The notes under the pieces were generated by a model that saw nothing but the letters and a program-made list of their open reading frames with translations, made no database searches and had not been told where the DNA came from. Shown piece after piece: positions 61,462 through 64,000 of a DNA stretch of 64,000 nucleotides (positions within the stretch are counted from its first letter, which is position 1; each line of letters opens with the position of its first letter). Location of the stretch: the NCBI GenBank assembly GCA_943354165.1, contig CALRBH010000004.1, positions 1,049 through 65,048 of the forward strand, given 5' to 3'. Origin of the DNA: Candidatus Uhrbacteria bacterium RIFOXYB12_FULL_58_10. GTDB lineage: Bacteria > Patescibacteriota > Patescibacteriia > UBA9934 > GWF2-40-263. The position numbers and the translations under genes were made by a program.

Positions 61462-61566
61462 CCCGAAGGAGTTCGCCTTCGGGACTCCAACCGGCAGCAC
61501 TTCCCTCACAGGATGCGCTGCCCCAGGAGTAAGATTCTTTCCCATCACTCAACTCAGGAGGCAACC

Positions 61567-62172
61567 ATGTCAGGACACGATTCTCACGCCGCCGGCCCCT
61601 TGGATACCATTCTCGGAGCCGCGGTCAGCATCTGCATCGGCATCGCCATCGTTGGCGGATTGCTGAAGGGGTGCGAAGGATGCACCGCTGCGGTGGTGAA
61701 ACCGGTCGACAACTTCTTCTTCGGCACGTCCGAAGCAGTCGCGTCAACCACGACCACCGACAGTGATCGGATCCGCGTCCGCATCACGGCCTACCCCGCA
61801 CAGGAAAAGTACACGGACGACACGCATTGTGTCGGCGCCGATGGCACCAACCTCTGCGAACGCCGCGAGAAAGGCGAGATCCTGTGCGCGACCACATACG
61901 TGCGCGACGAGAACGGTGACATTCATGACTTCGTTCCGTTGCAAACGCCCGTCGTGATCCCCGGCATCGGCACGTGCCTTGTCGTGGCTCGGATGAGCAG
62001 TCAATGGAAGGAGCCGAAGATCGATGTCTTCTGCGGGCCCGATCCCGAGCTGAAGTGCGTCCGCGAGGTCGCTCAGAAGCTCAAGGACTCCAACGAATTC
62101 ATCACGCTCTCGAGAGAAAAGCTCGAACGCGGCTGGGCAAGACAAAACGCCAAGTATACGAACCTTGACTGA
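61567..62172 (+). CDS. Orphan membrane-anchored Cys-rich hypothetical protein
   Basis: AGGAGG before ATG; one TM followed by multiple Cys; terminator at 62181-62212. Confidence 0.75.
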   Translation: MSGHDSHAAGPLDTILGAAVSICIGIAIVGGLLKGCEGCTAAVVKPVDNFFFGTSEAVASTTTTDSDRIRVRITAYPAQEKYTDDTHCVGADGTNLCERREKGEILCATTYVRDENGDIHDFVPLQTPVVIPGIGTCLVVARMSSQWKEPKIDVFCGPDPELKCVREVAQKLKDSNEFITLSREKLERGWARQNAKYTNLD

Positions 62173-62180
62173 CGTCTTCC

Positions 62181-62212
62181 AGAGCGGGTGCACCCTGTGC
62201 ACCCGCTCTTTT
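62181..62212 (+). terminator. Intrinsic terminator
   Basis: AGAGCGGGTGCAC-cct-GTGCACCCGCTCT-TTT. Confidence 0.85.
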
Positions 62213-62245
62213 AATTTCCGTCCATTTCCCCTAAAATTGCCGGGT

Positions 62246-63670
62246 ATGCGTAGAGCGTTTGCCATCTTAGGAATTATTTCCTTATGCCTTGGGTTCATCC
62301 CGCTTAAGGCCGCCTATGCTGAAGAAGACGTGAACCCGCATTTCCTTCTTGCGGACGCAGACATGACAAACACGCAATCCATGACGAGGCAGGACATCCA
62401 AACATTTTTAGGACGAGGATTCCTTGGAACCCATATTGCCGTTGATAATGATGGGACGCTTCGTCCAGCGGCAGACATCATCTATCGAGCCGCTACACTG
62501 AATGGAATCAGCCCGAGGTTTCTCCTGGTTCTTCTTCAGCGTGAACAATCCCTTGTAGAAGACCGAAACCCATCACAGAAACAGCTGGATTGGGCCATGG
62601 GATACGCCGTATGCGACGATTGCCGCATGGATGATCCTGCCATTCGGAAATTCAAGGGATTTGCGAAACAAGTACACGGGGCGGCGGAACGCATCCGTTC
62701 GAACTACCTCCCTACCTTGGAGGCCACAGGAAAAACGGAAAGTGGCTTTGGCCCTGGTATTGCCTCTGGAGTCGATGGAAAAATGATCATCCCGGAAAAC
62801 CAGGCGACTGCCGTGCTCTACACCTACACACCACACTTGCACGGCAACGCCAACTTCGTTCGCATCTGGCGCCGATGGTTTACGGGCGATTACCCAACCG
62901 GCACTGTCCTCGAGGACCAGAGCTCCGGAATCGTCTGGATGATCCAGAACGGCAAGCGCAGAGCCATCCGCTCCATGGCCGCGCTTATGAGCCGCGCCTC
63001 CGGACGCACACCAATTAGCGTAAAACCGGAAGTTCTTGAAACATACGACGTCGGCGCGCCTATTTCCTACCCCAACTATTCCCTCCTGCTCTCACCGCGC
63101 GGCACCATCTATTTACTTGTCGACGACGCGATTCGTGCCATTGATTCCATGGCCACCTTCCGCTCGGTCGGCTTCAATGCCGATGACCTCACGGAAGCAA
63201 GCGATGAGGATCTGCTCGCCTTTAACCGAGGCGCCCCCATCACGTCAGAAACCGTCCACCCGCAAGGTGCCCTTGTACGCGACCCTTCCACGGGCGGCAT
63301 CTATCAGGTGGAAGATGGCGTGAAGCACCCTATTTTCTCCCGCGAAATCCTCCAGTCCCGATTCGCCGGCTGGGAGATTCAAACGCCGAAGCTGTCGGAA
63401 ATCACCAAGTTTACCCAAGGCGATCCTGTAAAATTCTCTGACGGAACACTAGTGGCCGCTCATGGTTCACCTGACGTTTTCGTCGTCTCCGCTGGAAATC
63501 GTCGCCACGTCACGGATGAATCTACGTTTCTGGCCCTTGGCTATAAATGGACCGACATCATCTGGACCACGGAACGCGCGGTCCTTGAGCATCCGCTCGG
63601 CAACCCCGTCACTTCTTCGGTAGCCGATATTCTCCCTGATGACTCCACGGTAATGACGGCGGGCTTATGA
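62246..63670 (+). CDS. Secreted protein: putative lysozyme-like N-terminal domain plus four ~62-aa repeats
   Basis: Signal peptide; LLVLLQREQSL, AMGY, LYTYTPH; repeats starting YPTGTVL, YPNYSLL, HPQGALV, FSDGTLV. Confidence 0.75.
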   Translation: MRRAFAILGIISLCLGFIPLKAAYAEEDVNPHFLLADADMTNTQSMTRQDIQTFLGRGFLGTHIAVDNDGTLRPAADIIYRAATLNGISPRFLLVLLQREQSLVEDRNPSQKQLDWAMGYAVCDDCRMDDPAIRKFKGFAKQVHGAAERIRSNYLPTLEATGKTESGFGPGIASGVDGKMIIPENQATAVLYTYTPHLHGNANFVRIWRRWFTGDYPTGTVLEDQSSGIVWMIQNGKRRAIRSMAALMSRASGRTPISVKPEVLETYDVGAPISYPNYSLLLSPRGTIYLLVDDAIRAIDSMATFRSVGFNADDLTEASDEDLLAFNRGAPITSETVHPQGALVRDPSTGGIYQVEDGVKHPIFSREILQSRFAGWEIQTPKLSEITKFTQGDPVKFSDGTLVAAHGSPDVFVVSAGNRRHVTDESTFLALGYKWTDIIWTTERAVLEHPLGNPVTSSVADILPDDSTVMTAGL

Positions 63671-64000
63671 TCGTTTTCGGCGCCTTCGTTCCACACACCC
63701 CTCTCCTTATCCCTGCCATCGGCAAGGAACGTTTAGATGCGCTCATGCATACGGATGCGGCCATGCATACGCTGGCACGGCACCTACTCACGGCAAAGGT
63801 AGACACCGTCGTAATCCTCTCCTCGCACCATGCCATGTACAAAGACGCGTTTGCCATCGATCTCAATGATCGATATGAGACGTCCTTGCACGAATTTGGT
63901 GATCTCTCCAAACCAACGGTCTTTGCCGGCGATCCCGCACTTACAGACACGCTCCAGCGTCAGGCACGCCGCGCAGGCCACCCTATTTCCCTGCACACCG
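63667..64000 (+). CDS. LigB/MEMO-like (AmmeMemoRadiSam B-type) protein, 3'-partial
   Basis: MIVFGAFVPHTPLLIPAIGKE...DTVVILSSH; runs off window. Confidence 0.75.
   Translation, partial: MIVFGAFVPHTPLLIPAIGKERLDALMHTDAAMHTLARHLLTAKVDTVVILSSHHAMYKDAFAIDLNDRYETSLHEFGDLSKPTVFAGDPALTDTLQRQARRAGHPISLHT

Overview
64 kb of bacterial chromosome in genetic code 11 (TGA used as stop). Gene content and style (short atpH and metG, coiled-coil murein hydrolases, DUF721-mreBCD-mrdA, near-absence of Shine-Dalgarno sites) suggest a CPR/Patescibacteria (Parcubacteria-like) genome; this is inference. Most of the window is housekeeping: F1Fo ATP synthase operon, mreBCD-mrdA, znuABC, gnd-zwf, pgi, metG/lysS/gltX, clpB under a perfect CIRCE, RNA-modification enzymes, SOD/peroxiredoxin/MsrB, two ABC-F and two GreA paralogues, and a UvrD-nuclease fusion. 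No rRNA, tRNA, CRISPR, transposase or integrase was recognised. The most unusual signals are non-coding: (1) seven intergenic elements built from about 4 degenerate 7-mer or 9-mer tandem repeats, five of them followed by the reverse-complement array so that a long hairpin spans stop codon to start codon; (2) a palindromic dif-like 12-6-12 site with extra half-sites and three long hairpins at 53.6-54.3 kb; (3) a two-gene islet bracketed by a perfect 40-bp duplication of the cold-shock gene terminator; (4) apparently leaderless housekeeping genes versus SD-led orphan genes, one interrupted by a single in-frame TAG; (5) small basic ORFs below the ORF-track cutoff. All protein calls come from motif recognition by eye, not database searches.
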